The notes beneath the pieces were generated by a model, which was given only the letters and a program-made list of their open reading frames with translations, was not told where the DNA came from and did no database searches. From Diplonema japonicum (taxonomy: Eukaryota; Protista; Euglenozoa: Diplonemea), in NCBI GenBank assembly GCA_964019335.1, contig OZ025648.1, forward strand, positions 806,001 through 870,000: 64,000 nt of DNA, in the 5' to 3' direction. Both the position numbers and the translations under genes were made by a program. Of this stretch, positions 36,491 through 48,423 are shown one piece after another (position 1 is the stretch's first letter; every line of letters begins with the position of its first letter).

Positions 36491-39400
36491 ATGGAGTTGA
36501 ACGTTAAAAAGTACGAGGAAAGGGAGATGCTTGGGTCAGGCGGGCAGGGGTCGGTGTACAAGGTGGTGAGGAGGGCAGATGAGAGCGTCTTTGCGATGAA
36601 GGTGTTGACAGCATTCGAGGAACAGATGCACAGGAGGAATGTGAAGGAGGTGCGGCACATGCTGAAGCTGAGCCACAGGAGCCTGATTCCCTGCCTTGAC
36701 TACTTCGAGACGACAAAGCAGGTGACAGAGGAACCCCCTGAGAAGGTGTGGCGGGTTCACATCGTGATGCCCCTGTATGAAAGGGGTGACCTCGACTCTC
36801 ACGTGAAGAAGGAGGGACCCCTCTCTCGGGTGAGGGCGGGGAGACTCCTGCAGGACATGGCAGAGGTTCTTCAGTACCTTCACAACAATGACTTCATCCA
36901 CAGGGACGTGAAGCCTCACAACATCATGGTGGGGACACCCCTTCCTGCGACTGGTGGTGGTGGTGGTGGTGTGGAAGCGGAGTTCATCCTGGCGGACTTG
37001 GGCCTGTCGAGGGAGGTGACCTTTGATGGGGGAGCTGGGACCTATGTGGGGACACCAATCTTCATGGCTCCTGACTATGCAAAAGACCGCTACAGCAACA
37101 AAGTGGACATGTGGGCCCTTGGGGTGACCTTGTGCTGTGTGGTGTTACAAAAAAGCCTGAGGGACATGTTCCTGAGGTACCTTCAGACCAACCGCAAACT
37201 TGTGGTGACGAAGCTTCAGACGCACCTCCCACCTGTCCTTGGGAAACCGCTTTACGAACTGGTGCTCTGCCTCCTCTCGACCGACCCTTTGAAACGCCCC
37301 ACAGCTGCGGAGGTGCTGCAAATAGCTTCCAACTGTTCAGACCCCAGACTCAATGAACCGATGATGATTCTTCTTTTTGCCTGCGGGTGTGTTGATGGGA
37401 AGGTGTGGGATAGGGAGCTTCTCGTGGAAGCAGGGGCAAGAGCGACGGAGGTTCGGGTGGCGGCACAGAAGGCCTTCCCTTCGGGAGGAGAGGGAGAGCT
37501 CCTGGTGCGCAGGTTGGAGGTGCTCGACAAGGACAGCAAGGAGTTCGTGGCGGTGGACGAGGGGGACATCGTGTTCGAGGACAAGGGACGGGTCCGCGTC
37601 GTGTTTGAATCAAGGTACCCAACCGCCTCTGCCCTCATGAAGGAAGAGCAGATCCTTGCCCTGCACCTCGCTGCTTCGGAAGGCAACCTGAAGGAGATGG
37701 AGCGTCTTGTTGTGGGGCAGGGCGTTCCCTCCGGTGCAAGGGACAGCGATGGCCTCACAGCCCTGCACGCTGCAGCAGCAAACAACTGTGTTGAGGCTGT
37801 GGCCGCTCTCATCGATTCTTACGGGCAAGACCCTGGAGTCAAAAGCAACGACGGTTGTACACCACTCCATCTCGCATCTCGGGAAGGACACCTCGAAACC
37901 GTTAAATACTTGGTCGAAACCAAAGGGCAAAACCCTGGTGTCAAAAGCGACGATGGTTATACACTAGTCCATCTGGCATCTCGGGGAGGACACCTTGAAA
38001 CGGTTAAATATTTGGTCGAAACCAAGTGGCTGGACCCTGGTGACACAGACAACAGCGCAGGTTGGGCACCGGTCCATCTAGCAGCTCGGGGAGGACACCT
38101 CGAAACAATCACATATTTGGTTGAAGCTCAAGGGCAAGTTCCAGGTGTCAAAAGCAACGATGATTCGACACTGGTCCATCTGGCAGCTCAGGGAGGACAC
38201 CTCGAGACCATTAAATATTTGGTCGAAGCCAAGGGGCAAGACCCTGGTGCCAAAAGCAACCATGGCAGCGCAGGATGGGCACCGGTCCATGAAGCGGCTC
38301 GGGGAGGACACCTCGAAGTAGTTAGATATTTGGTCGAAACTTGGAAACAACACCCTGGTGTTTGGAGCAGCTATGGGTATACACCAGTCCATCTCGCAGC
38401 TTGGGGAGGACACCTCGAAACCATTAAATATTTGGTTGAAACCCAGGGGCAAGACCCTTGTGTCAGAAACTACAATCATCACGGATTGACACCGTTACAT
38501 GTGGCGGCCCAAGCAGGACACCTCGAGACCATCAAATATTTGGTTAAAACTAGAACGCGATACGCTGATGTCGAAAGCAATAACGGTAGTAGACCACTCC
38601 ATCTCGCAGCTGAACTTGGCCATCTCCAAGTAGTTAAATACTTCGTCGAGGAGGATTGGCAATTCCTTGCTGTCGATGTTAAGAACAAGACCGGTCGTAC
38701 GCCATTCCATCTGGCACTTGAGAACGGACACCTCGGTATCGTTAAGTACTTCGTTCGTCTTACCAAAGAGCTCATAGCCACATCCAACGGTGTGCTTGCA
38801 GTCGATATTGCAGCTGGACATGGACAGCTCGAGATTGTTAAATACTTGGTCGAAGAAAAGAGAATAAACCCTTATGGACACAGCGATATTGTTTCATTCG
38901 TCAAAAGAAAAGAAGGTTGGACAGCAGTCCATCTGGCAGCTCAGGAAGGACACCTCGAAACCGTGAAGTACCTCATCCAGACTCGTGGATTTGATACCAC
39001 TATTCAAGACAGTTACAAATGTGAAACACCAGTCCATATGGCAGCACAGAACGGACACCTCGAGGTAGTTAAGTACTTCGCTCGATGTAGTTCTCTGAAG
39101 CAGTACACTCACACCAAAACCAAAACCGGTTGTACACCAGCCCATTTGGCAGCTGGAAATGGACATCTTGAGACAGTCAAGTACTTCATCGAAGATAAGG
39201 GACTAGATCCTCGCATCAGAAACAACTACAATCTGACACCGATCCATATGGCAGCTGAAAATGGACATCTCGATATAGTTAAGTACTTCATCGAAGATAA
39301 GAAGCTGCAACCTGGCATCAAAGGTTGTGACCTCTGGACACCAATGCATTCTGCAGCTAAAACTGGACAGCTCGAGACAGTTAAATATTTGCTCGAAGAT

Positions 39401-40165
39401 CGAATGCAAGACCCTGGTGTCAAAAGCCACGATGGTCGGACACTTGTCCATATTGCAGCACAGCACGAACAACTTGAAACAATTAAATACTTAATCGATG
39501 TTCATGGTCAAAACCCCGGCGTCAAAAGCAACGATGGTCGGACACCAGTCCATGTTGCAGCACAGAACGGACACCGCAAAACAGTTGAATACTTGATCGA
39601 TGTTCATGATCAAAACCCTGGCGTCAAAAGCAACGAAGGTCGGACACCAGTCCACATGGCAGCTCGGAATGGACACCTCGAAACAATCACATATTTGGTC
39701 AAGGCTCGGAGGCAAGACCCTGGTGCCAAAAGCAACGATGGTTCGACACCAGTCCATATGGCAGCTCGGAATGGACACCTTGACATCATCACATATTTGA
39801 TCGAATCTCAGGGACAAAACCCTGGTGCAAAGAACAACAACGGTTGGACAGCAGTCCATCTGGCAGCTGAAAATGGACACTTCGAGATAGTTAAATATTT
39901 GGTCGAAACTCAAAAGCAAAAAGCTGGTGTTAAAAGCAACGACGGTTGGCGACCACTCCATCTGGCAGCTCGGAACGGGCATCTCAACATAGTAGAATAT
40001 TTGGTGGAAGCTCAGAGACAAGACTCCGGTGTCAAAACTAAGGACGGGTGGACACCTGGTGACCTGGCATTGCGCAATGGACGAGACGACACTGCCGTGT
40101 ATTTGAATCATCATCAGAGTATTGTGATTAAAAAATGGAAGTGGCTACGTCTGTGTCGCTGCTAG
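36491..40165 (+). CDS. Kinase with Ubl-like linker and ankyrin repeats, paralogue B
   Basis: Appears identical to paralogue A from 36403 to 38026 (offset 8137), then has a different repeat order and number; ends KWKWLRLCRC*. Confidence 0.92.
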   Translation: MELNVKKYEEREMLGSGGQGSVYKVVRRADESVFAMKVLTAFEEQMHRRNVKEVRHMLKLSHRSLIPCLDYFETTKQVTEEPPEKVWRVHIVMPLYERGDLDSHVKKEGPLSRVRAGRLLQDMAEVLQYLHNNDFIHRDVKPHNIMVGTPLPATGGGGGGVEAEFILADLGLSREVTFDGGAGTYVGTPIFMAPDYAKDRYSNKVDMWALGVTLCCVVLQKSLRDMFLRYLQTNRKLVVTKLQTHLPPVLGKPLYELVLCLLSTDPLKRPTAAEVLQIASNCSDPRLNEPMMILLFACGCVDGKVWDRELLVEAGARATEVRVAAQKAFPSGGEGELLVRRLEVLDKDSKEFVAVDEGDIVFEDKGRVRVVFESRYPTASALMKEEQILALHLAASEGNLKEMERLVVGQGVPSGARDSDGLTALHAAAANNCVEAVAALIDSYGQDPGVKSNDGCTPLHLASREGHLETVKYLVETKGQNPGVKSDDGYTLVHLASRGGHLETVKYLVETKWLDPGDTDNSAGWAPVHLAARGGHLETITYLVEAQGQVPGVKSNDDSTLVHLAAQGGHLETIKYLVEAKGQDPGAKSNHGSAGWAPVHEAARGGHLEVVRYLVETWKQHPGVWSSYGYTPVHLAAWGGHLETIKYLVETQGQDPCVRNYNHHGLTPLHVAAQAGHLETIKYLVKTRTRYADVESNNGSRPLHLAAELGHLQVVKYFVEEDWQFLAVDVKNKTGRTPFHLALENGHLGIVKYFVRLTKELIATSNGVLAVDIAAGHGQLEIVKYLVEEKRINPYGHSDIVSFVKRKEGWTAVHLAAQEGHLETVKYLIQTRGFDTTIQDSYKCETPVHMAAQNGHLEVVKYFARCSSLKQYTHTKTKTGCTPAHLAAGNGHLETVKYFIEDKGLDPRIRNNYNLTPIHMAAENGHLDIVKYFIEDKKLQPGIKGCDLWTPMHSAAKTGQLETVKYLLEDRMQDPGVKSHDGRTLVHIAAQHEQLETIKYLIDVHGQNPGVKSNDGRTPVHVAAQNGHRKTVEYLIDVHDQNPGVKSNEGRTPVHMAARNGHLETITYLVKARRQDPGAKSNDGSTPVHMAARNGHLDIITYLIESQGQNPGAKNNNGWTAVHLAAENGHFEIVKYLVETQKQKAGVKSNDGWRPLHLAARNGHLNIVEYLVEAQRQDSGVKTKDGWTPGDLALRNGRDDTAVYLNHHQSIVIKKWKWLRLCRC

Positions 40166-40537
40166 AGGGTGTAATGATTGGGAAATGGAAGTGACTGTGT
40201 CTATGTTGCTGCCTAGTGGAGATGAGAGGCGTCCTTATGGCATGGTAGGTGAACAATGGTTAGAAGGCTGTGTCGATGCGATGGTGGGACCCGCCACAAT
40301 TCTCCTCGCAGAGAAACCTACCCCACCCCACCTGACTAGCCCGCCGACATTCAGCTAAGCCAGTCAAGTAGTAGTAAAAAATAAGTAGAATGTGAAAGAA
40401 GAAGGGAAAGAAAGAAGAAGAAAAAAAAGAAGGGGGGAACAGGTCCCCCCCCCCCCCCCCCCCCCGACTACTCTACAACTTCCCATTCCAATCTAATAAC
40501 ATTTAACCTGCAAAGGCGTCTTGAGTGGAAAGGACAA

Positions 40538-41366
40538 CCCCACTATTCGGCAAAGAATTTCAAAAAAGATTTTTTTTAAACTAGTTATTTGAGTTACTGT
40601 AAATCTCTTGATTGGGATACCCCCCCAAAAAAAGGGGACAAATCCACTTTTCTTGACAAAAATTAAGAGATTTGCAGTAATCTTTTTTTTTTTCCTTTTG
40701 AGCAGTGAGCATTATTACGCACTGAAACGCATCATCGCCCTTTTTTTTTTTAACTCGTCTACTTCTCCTCTTGATTCCCTTCCTCTCGCATCAACGTGCA
40801 TGTTGGCTTCTTCTTCTTTTTTTTTTTTTTTTTTTTTTTTGATTCAATAACAATGGACCCACCCGTGCGAAACTAGGGGGAAGAAACTAAAGGGAGGAGG
40901 ATATCGGGGTGCACGGCGGAGTGAACAAGGGACGGGAGAGGCTTTTTTTATTTACTTTCGTTCTTTCTCGTTCACTTGGGAACCACGGAGAGGTAGGGGG
41001 GAAAAGAGGTGAAAAGAAGTTCAAGAAATCTTTTTTTTAATGTGGCATTGACATTGGCTCGTCTTTGTAAAAGCGACCCTTGCTTAGTAAGACCTTTTGG
41101 TCTAAACGTCTAGAGTTTTATTGCCATTTCTCTTCTTATCCTGTCACATGCTGCAGGTTACTTTCAAATACACCTTTTTTTTTTTAAAAGACACAGGTAT
41201 AGAGGGGAAAGTAAAATATAAAAATAAAAGAGAATCCAAATGTGATCCGGATCTGTGATGTTGATGGCCTGGTGGTGGTGCCGCTTGTGGGGAGGTGCAC
41301 AAGCCGGCGGGGTGGAGGGCGGTCTCCGAGAGGTGGGTGTGAAGAGGTCGAATAGGGCGGCGTTGA
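40538..41366 (+). repeat. Diverged duplicate of the region downstream of paralogue A (32340-35790), lacking A's insertions
   Basis: Colinear blocks CCCCACTATTCGG.AAAGAATTTCAA, GAGCAGTGA.CATT.TTACGCACTGAAACG, CATTGGCTCGTCTTTGTAAAA, CTTCTTATCCTGTCACATG and GGGGTGGAGGGCGGTCTCCG. Confidence 0.85.
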
Positions 41367-43754
41367 CAGGATCTGCGATGAATCTATACTTGAGAGGGCG
41401 TCTCACAAAGACTTCCTTTAACTCATATTTGTCCTACATTCGTGAGAAAAAAAGAAGGGAAAAAAAAGAAGAAAAAGAACATCACAGTGTTCGTAAAGAG
41501 GTTCACGATTGGAGGTGGCTGGGAGACAGTGAAGACTTTCAAGAAACCCGGTTAAACAGAAGATCCCATGGCACAAGATCTTCGTCAACCTAGTCCGCCT
41601 ACACCCAAAGATCTTGGACAGAGTTAGGATTTGCAATCGTCTTGGGAAGACAGTACGCTCGGCCGTATGCATGAGACCGAGTTATGACGTTCAGGGATGC
41701 TAGGGATGCTGCAACGCCAGGATTGCTAGACACGACTGGGTGAGGAGAGTGCAACGATGGAGAAGACAGGGCTTATCCCGAGATAGTCCTAACGTTCGCG
41801 GAAGTCACTTCCCAGGTGGCAGAAATAATATCGCCGTTGCGTCCGTCGACGCCGGAGGAAATAATGAGGCCCTCAGTGAGTGAAAAAAGAAAAAAGAGGA
41901 CCTGTGAAGAGCCGCACCAGGTATGAGAAGGCCTGGTCTGAGATGGTAGAGAAGTTGGGAGTGAAGGCCCCAACAATCCTTCAATTCGAAGGTTACATGA
42001 AACACTGAGGGAGGAGGTCAGCCCGTCTTTGGACCTATTTTAGCATATTAAAAGCAGTCCATGTCACGAAGTACATGTGGAGTCGACACATGCCCTCACA
42101 GAAGAGCCTTTTATGCACATCTTACTTGAGCAGACTTCAGACAATCCTTGAAGCACTAATGTGATCTCCACTAGCCTGCCAGAAGAGTGCATCTCCTCTA
42201 AAATGGAATAGAATAGCGGAATGATGTGGACGTTCCAAAGGTAGCTGATCCGACGTTATTGGGATTTTATCGATTGTTTTAAAACAAAAAAAAAAAAAAA
42301 AAGAAAGCAACATTGAGAGGGGAACACTACACTACTCACACATGAAAACTAGTCTTTAATGAGTACAACCATGCAATAACCGTGTTAAGGAAGCAATCAT
42401 GCCAAAGAAGGTTTAAATATAAATTATAAATAATTAAAACTCATGATATATCGACCAAATGATAATAACACAAAAATCCTTTCTTCATACGGAATTAAGG
42501 GCACTAGTACACAGGGGTTACAAGAAGTGTGCGGCTTTGCGGGAGAAAAGGTGGGGAACTTGAGGCATTTCCAAAGAGAGTGTGAGGGTGCAGTATGTGT
42601 ACGCGATGTGTGGTTGGCTGCTGGTCAGAGGATGGGACATCCGTATCAGTAATCCATCTTTCGAAAGGTTTTGAAGTCGTGTTGCATTTTAACATATGGG
42701 TCGATTTCAAAAAACCCCCAAAATGAGGCCAATTGACACTTTCGTTGCATCTTTGGGCACGCCACCCCTTTAAAAAAAATTCTCCATATTTCCCCATATT
42801 AGGAAAGAACCCGGGTCAGAAATCGCTCAAGAGTTCTATTTTGACTATGAAAAATTCAGTTTTAGGGTCAAAATCGGGTTTTAGTGGTTTTGGTAAAGTC
42901 AGAGAGGATGCTTTCAATAGCAAGAAATGCCGTGTGGTGTCTGTTGGCTACTAAACCTACCAGAAAATGATAGAAGTGCCACTAAAGGTTCCCCCTTACG
43001 CACTACGTCACAAACTAGTGCAGCACAGTCGTTGCCACTGAGCTTCTCAAGAACCTCTGGGGCGAGTGTCCTGATCGCCGAGGTGTTTCCATTTACCCTT
43101 TCTCGGTCCGACCATTTTTTTTTTACCCCTAGCTTCTCAACAGCAAGTTTAAAAGCATCCATTTTTGTCACCCCCTCTTTTACTGAATTTGTGCAAAGTG
43201 AAAAAACCCATTTTTGCCCCTAGGACTGAATTTTTTGGGTACTAGTAACACTCACTTTCCAATTTTTCCTAACCTGGGCCGGAAAAGTTGTAGACATTTT
43301 TCTCTTTCGAAAAAAAATACGTAGAGAAACATTGAAAGTGTCAATTGGCCTCATTGGGGGGGTTTTCTTTTGAAACGATGCGATATGCCAAAATCCAAAG
43401 CCAGAACCGGCTAGCATGGCATCGAGGACATCGATGATGCAGCTGTGCATCCCAAATACGAACATGGGCTGGAAGGGGGTATGGGGGAGCTGCGATCGAG
43501 AGCGAAGTTGATGTTGCAGTCTATACATTATGCAGGGACATGATGGACAGCAGCGCAACTATGGAGAAGACGGGGCTGGTCCCGAGATAGTACCAACACC
43601 CGCGGATGTGTAATGCCAAATCGTTCCAAAATTTAGGCGAAAATTTTCAACATGCCAAAACCTGTGAGTGAATTCCAACATCCAACAGCCTATTTTTTCT
43701 GATAAGGGGGATTTTCAGCCTACCATTTTGTGCCAAGATTTTTTTTTTTTATAG

Positions 43755-44251
<497 letters not shown>

Positions 44252-44332
44252 CCCTTCCCCCCCTCTTTATTTTTTTTTTCTTTATTCAGTTACGAAAAAA
44301 AGCAAAACGAAAAAAAGGGAGAGAAAAAAAAA

Positions 44333-46414
44333 ATGTTAGCAGTACTAGCGGTAGTGGCCACCGCGTCATTGAGGCCGCCATCAGTACCACTCATGGTGCA
44401 CGACCCGTATACAAGCTTTTGGTCTCCTTATGATAAACTGTACGAGTCGTTCCCGGAGCGCTGGAACGGGTGGATCTTAGGGTGGAATGGAATGGTACAG
44501 GTAGACAATGACGACTGCCTGGGGTGGATGGGGAACACCTTCTGCGAGGACACTGTGAGGCAGACGGCGCTGAAAGTGACGGCAACAAAGACCACATTTG
44601 CATTCACCGCAGGGACGAAGGTGAAGCTCACAGTAAGCTTCAGAACACCATCTGCTATCGAGGAGACACCGGACTACACAATGATGACCCTCCCAACAAC
44701 TTACATGGACTACACAGCTGAGTCTCTTGATGGATCGGAACACCAGGTGTCCGTTTACTTCGACGCAACTGGAGAAGCAACCATCTCGAACAGGGACAAC
44801 AACGTGACATGGTCCCGTGGGGACGGGTTCCTCTCCATGGGCAACGTAGACCAGACATTCCACACATCGATAGGGAACGATATCAACTGGGGGTATTTCA
44901 ACATTGGGTACGACAGGTCCGACACACGCCTGCAGACCTCCATCGGGAACAACTTCGACGTTCCGAGAAAAGCGTTCTACAACAAACAAACCCTTCCCGA
45001 TGATAAGCCAGCAACGCCCACCCGTTGCATCGACGGTTTCCCTGTCAATGCTGTCGTGCAGGTTTTGTCCGTAGCACCAAGCGCTCCTTCATCCAGACAC
45101 CTCATCCTTGGGTACGACCAGGGTGATACGTCTATTTCGTACTTTGGAACGAAATTCCCATCTTACTGGAAACACGTTCACGGCGACTTCAAAACTGCTC
45201 TCAACTACGCTGTTTCCAATTATGCCGATGTCAACGAGAGGTGCGATGCTTTCGATGCCCAGCTCACATCGGAGCTCACCAATGCTGGAACCGCGCAGTA
45301 CGCCGAGATGGGTTCCCTCATCTACCGGCAGGTCACCGGGTCCATGACTGCCGCGTGGAACCCTGTACTGAACGAGACGTGGATCTTCTTAAAGGAGATA
45401 TCTTCTGCAGGGGACGTTTCAACTGTCGATGTGATCTTCCCGTCGTCCCCTATGCTGCTCTATTACGACACAGAGATGGTAAAGAAGCTAATCCTCCCCA
45501 TCTTCACGTATGCCAACAACGGGACCGCTGTTTACGGGGATTACGTTCCTTACAACCTTCCGTGGGCGCCGCACCATTTGGGACACTGGCCCATGTGCAA
45601 CCTACCGGAATACAGACAGGAACAGATGCCTGTCGAAGAAACAGGAAACCTGCTTATCCTTGCAAATTACATCGCTCAGGAACAGAAGGATCTAACATGG
45701 CTAGGGCCTTGGTGGGGTATAATCGATAAGTGGGGTAAGTACCTACCTACGGCACTACCTGACCCGAAGGATCAGTTGTGCACTGATGATTTTGAAGGGC
45801 CGAGCCCTCACAATGTAAACCTTGCAGCGAAGGGGATCATTGCGATGGGTGCGTACAGCCAACTGCTGACGATGCGGGGGAACACCACCGAAGCCGGGCA
45901 GGTGATGGAAAAAGCGAGACAGTTCATGAAAGTGTGGGTGCAGAACGGGACGGACCCTGACGAATCAAACGGAATCCACACGAAGCTGCAGTACAATCTG
46001 AACTCAACGTGGAGCCAGAAGTACAACCTGCTGTGGGATGGCATCTTCGATCTTAGCCTGGTCCCTTCTGGCGTTCTTGCAAATGAACTTGCCTTCTACA
46101 TGACTAAAATGAATGAGTACGGTGTGCCTTTAGATGACAGAGCCACATTCACAAAACTTGATTGGTCCATGTGGATTGCAGCCATGGCCCCACAAGAACA
46201 GTTTGTAACAATGTCCAACACTATTTACAAATGGACCAACGAGACCACTACCCGTGTGCCCTTTAGCGACTGGACGGAGACCACGAATCTAAAGGCCCGT
46301 CGCTTTAAGGCACGGCCAGTGATGGGCGGGTTCTGGGCCAAGATGTTGTTGGCAAAGAAACAAAAAAAAATAGTGAAAGCAAAATGGAAAAAAGAAAAAG
46401 AAGAAAAAAAATGA
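44333..46414 (+). CDS. Secreted glutaminase A (GtaA)/DUF4965-DUF1793 family protein (693 aa)
   Basis: LRPPSVPLMVHDPYTSFW, FLKEISSAGDVSTVDVIFP, MPVEETGN, QLCTDDFEG, WSQKYNLLWD, GVPLDDR, TKLDW, ARPVMGG. Confidence 0.9.
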   Translation: MLAVLAVVATASLRPPSVPLMVHDPYTSFWSPYDKLYESFPERWNGWILGWNGMVQVDNDDCLGWMGNTFCEDTVRQTALKVTATKTTFAFTAGTKVKLTVSFRTPSAIEETPDYTMMTLPTTYMDYTAESLDGSEHQVSVYFDATGEATISNRDNNVTWSRGDGFLSMGNVDQTFHTSIGNDINWGYFNIGYDRSDTRLQTSIGNNFDVPRKAFYNKQTLPDDKPATPTRCIDGFPVNAVVQVLSVAPSAPSSRHLILGYDQGDTSISYFGTKFPSYWKHVHGDFKTALNYAVSNYADVNERCDAFDAQLTSELTNAGTAQYAEMGSLIYRQVTGSMTAAWNPVLNETWIFLKEISSAGDVSTVDVIFPSSPMLLYYDTEMVKKLILPIFTYANNGTAVYGDYVPYNLPWAPHHLGHWPMCNLPEYRQEQMPVEETGNLLILANYIAQEQKDLTWLGPWWGIIDKWGKYLPTALPDPKDQLCTDDFEGPSPHNVNLAAKGIIAMGAYSQLLTMRGNTTEAGQVMEKARQFMKVWVQNGTDPDESNGIHTKLQYNLNSTWSQKYNLLWDGIFDLSLVPSGVLANELAFYMTKMNEYGVPLDDRATFTKLDWSMWIAAMAPQEQFVTMSNTIYKWTNETTTRVPFSDWTETTNLKARRFKARPVMGGFWAKMLLAKKQKKIVKAKWKKEKEEKK

Positions 46415-46734
46415 ATAAAAAAAAAAAGATAAAAAATATTTACCCCCCCTGATTTTGGGTACCGCATTTATTACGTACTTGTGAAATAGGAACCACCTTT
46501 TCACAGTACTTAATGTCGCAATCCGGTCATCCAGTGGGGAGAGGGGGGGAAAAAAGCAATATTTGTAGCTGAGCAAACGTTTACCGCCCTCCTTCTCCTT
46601 CCCCCCCCCCCCCCCCCTTTCCTCTCCTTTTTGTGGTTGTTCACTCTCGTTCGTGGTTATTAAAGGAATTTTGTTGCCTTTTATCCCCCCTTTTTGTTCG
46701 TCTTTTATACTTAAGAATCTGAAAAAAAAGTATA

Positions 46735-48333
46735 CTGTAAAACAAAAATCCACCGGAAGATAAAATATCCTGACCGCCGAAACATCCGGTGATTTTTTCT
46801 TCCGGACATTTTATCTTCCGGACATTCTTTTGGGCACTTTTCTAAGGGGGTACCTAGCCTGCCCTACGCATTGCCCCCTCTGTCTGGAAAACTTATATTT
46901 CTGTTGCAAGAGTCTCAAGAACGGCAAAAATAAAATTCAAATTAACAGACGAAAGCTGCATGCTCTAAAAAGGGGAAGGACATATCTCGCGACCCCTCCA
47001 GGTGCTGACCTCTTCAGGTGACTGAAATGATATTGCAAGTGGGAATATCTTCAGGTGAGAGTCACTGGAAGCACCGCTTTGGTAGCTCCAAGGTCGATCC
47101 CCCTTCCGCACCCGTTACTGCGGGTCGCAAGCCTCTTCTGAACTAGGAAGAAACAACAAGGCTCTTTGTTTGGATCCAGATGCAGAACGGAAGGGGGGTG
47201 CCGGTAGCAGCGATCTGCCTGTATGCAGAGGGCCAACCAGCTGTGCTCCAAGCATGGCATCACAAGCCGCCGCCCAACAATAGGGAAGTCTAGCAGCCCC
47301 AAAGACACCCAAGCAGCGAGGAGGTTCACAAAGATCAGGCCGGTTGACCTGGAACATGGACCAGCTGCTGCCGCTGGGAAGAAGACGAAAAGGGGTCCCA
47401 AGGTTGTCAAGGTTAGGGATTTGGGACAAGCGCGCCGTCACCGGACAGTTTTGCGTTTCCCTGACTGGTGGCAAACTGCACCCGCAGTTAATTTACACGG
47501 GAAAAACAGAACCAGCTCGCAGGAAATACCTCGGGTCCGTCCCTCGTGTTGCACACCCCCCAAAAGGCTGGAGTTTAACAGCTTCGAAATCTCACTGGGC
47601 CACCCAGGAAACGCTTCGGCTCTGGGTAAAAGATTTGTTTCTCCCCTTTGCTACAACCTCATCGAGTCATCGGGCTGAGCACCCACCGAGCCCATCCTAC
47701 TCATCATTGATGACTACAATGTCCGCACTATGCAGGCTTTTGTGAACTTGTTTTCAGAAACAAACGTTCACTTAGCGTTTGTCCCCCCAGACCTCACCTA
47801 TTTGTGCCATTAAGGCCGAGGCCAGGCGCACTGCCAAGGCTGCGAAGGCAGCAAACAAGACGGCCAGACGTGCGGACAGGTAAGATGCTGCCCTTTCCTC
47901 GCCCCCTTTTTTAGTTCTATTGTCGGGAAAAGTACTCTCCAACCTGCTGGGACGCAGCCATTGACACAAGGGTGCGATATACTGGACATTGGCTCCATGA
48001 CGCAAACCCGCAAAAAATAAGAACAACCCTAAAGCAAGCACAAGAAGTGGTTTGGTTCAACAAGCTTGTGGTAGAAGCAAACAATCAGGATCTGAGGTGT
48101 CTTTTAGTTCTTGGAAAAGTCCGTAATTCAATTCTCTGATTTTTGTTTGATTTTCTCTTGCTATAGAAACTAGTTTCATCTGTTTTCGGGTCCAGCCCTT
48201 TAATAAAAGGGGGGTCCCAGGAAAAAAATGTCCGGAAGAAAAAATATCCGGACCGCCAGAGCTTCCGGACATTTTATCTTCCGGACATTTTTTCTTCCGG
48301 ACATTTTTTCTTCCGGTGATTTTTGTTTTACAG
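46735..48333 (+). mobile_element. Degenerate pogo/Tigger-type (Tc1/mariner superfamily) transposon (1599 bp)
   Basis: TA flanks; TIR CTGTAAAACAAAAATC(C)ACCGGAAGA; TCCGGACA subterminal arrays; DDE_1-like fragments TWNMDQ...KRAVTGQFCVSLTGGKLHPQLIYTGK...SHWATQETLRLW and LIDD...FVPPDLT. Confidence 0.88.
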
Positions 48334-48423
48334 TATTTTGTTTCCTTTCCGTCCCCTCTTCCTACCATTTTTACTTTGCTAGCACAGTACCTTTCATCAC
48401 AGGAAACAAGTGAGCGGTTTGCA

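Noticed and set aside
42502-43247. CACTA-type element (CACTAGTACACA...TGGGTACTAGTA)
   Set aside because: Only 10/12 inverted match, wrong terminal base, no TSD and no recognisable transposase.
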